Of a stretch of DNA of 55,595 bases, positions 55,000 through 55,595 are shown piece by piece (within the stretch, counting starts at the first letter, position 1; each line of letters begins with the position of its first letter). Made by a program: the position numbers and the translations under genes. This DNA is from Octopus sinensis. Its lineage: Eukaryota. Under the pieces are notes generated by a model that did no database searches, was not told where the DNA came from, and saw nothing but the letters and a program-made list of their open reading frames with translations. The stretch is from the NCBI RefSeq assembly GCF_006345805.1, contig NW_021834857.1:1-55595 (forward strand). Reading direction: 5' to 3'.

Positions 55000-55595
55000 T
55001 GAAGAGAACGGCGGTGTGCACCACAGTACTTTCCGGTAGCGCTTTCTCTTGGTGGTAAGGGGCTAGGGTCTCAGAACCCCAAAGGTAAGCTTTGCAGTCA
55101 GGATATGTTCTGTTAAAAATATTACCACATTAGTGCAACATAAGGCTTGGGTTTCGTTCTTTCTCATGAAAATCTGCCACATCAGTTTCCATAGCCATTC
55201 TCTCATTGTCAGCTCTTTGCTGACGAAGTCTCAGTTGGGATCGAACCTGGTTGTTTGCTTGTCGCTGCTGAATTTGTGGCAGTGTCGTGTTTTCCCTGGA
55301 GTTCTCTTTCCTCCGCCGATCAGTATTCCTCCATGCTTCTGTTTTTTGTGGTGTTTCCGTTGCACGGTTTTTCTGTGTTCTCATCCGATTCACATTCCTT
55401 TGTGCTTCTGAATCTTGTGGTCTTTCCATTGCACGGATTTCTTGCATTCTCCTTCGCTTTATTTCGTGACACTGAGAAGGTCCTTGTCTGTTTTCTTCAC
55501 TTAGTGTCTATTGTCTTTGCTCAGCGATCTTTTGTGAACGGCATGGAAGATCGAAAATGCCTTCAGCCACATCTGTTTGTTATAGTCCAATGGGC
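55000..55595 (-). mobile_element. Probable Helitron Rep/Hel N-terminal fragment with 23-aa (STPR-like) repeats
   Basis: RAMERPQDSEAQRNVNRMRTQKN / RATETPQKTEAWRNTDRRRKENS are 23-aa units. Reading in frame through a stop gives H*CGNIFNRTYPDCKAYLWGSE, resembling the Helitron H.G..C..C.A..W..E motif. Confidence 0.5.

Overview
This is eukaryotic, very AT-rich, microsatellite-saturated genomic DNA, not prokaryotic. The SINE family, the simple-repeat spectrum ((AT)n, (TATG)n, (GATA)n, (CAC)n, (AAT)n) and the retroelement mix resemble octopod cephalopod genomes; this is inference from recall, not a database result. I recognise no intact host protein-coding gene, and nearly all ORFs in the track are translated microsatellites. 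What I can support: (1) decayed retroelement fragments, namely Penelope-like RT (YLDD motif) and GIY-YIG endonuclease, RTE, restriction-like-endonuclease (R4/Dong-like) LINEs and a CR1/L2-like 3' end; (2) about ten short Penelope pLTR-like elements, many with hammerhead-ribozyme-like motifs, two folded into 150-190 bp palindromes and most lying in or beside (AT)n tracts; (3) tRNA-derived SINEs, three MITEs and a probable Helitron fragment with 23-aa repeats; (4) a 1.2 kb tandem duplication and a 5.7 kb (TATG)n array with higher-order structure; (5) a dense same-strand cluster of CCGGAAGT (ETS-type) motifs ending at a splice donor; (6) several unidentified decayed ORF-like segments. The best candidate for an interesting system is the set of hammerhead-bearing, (AT)n-associated palindromic mini-elements. 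The Penelope-hammerhead link itself is already established; these particular variants may not be.
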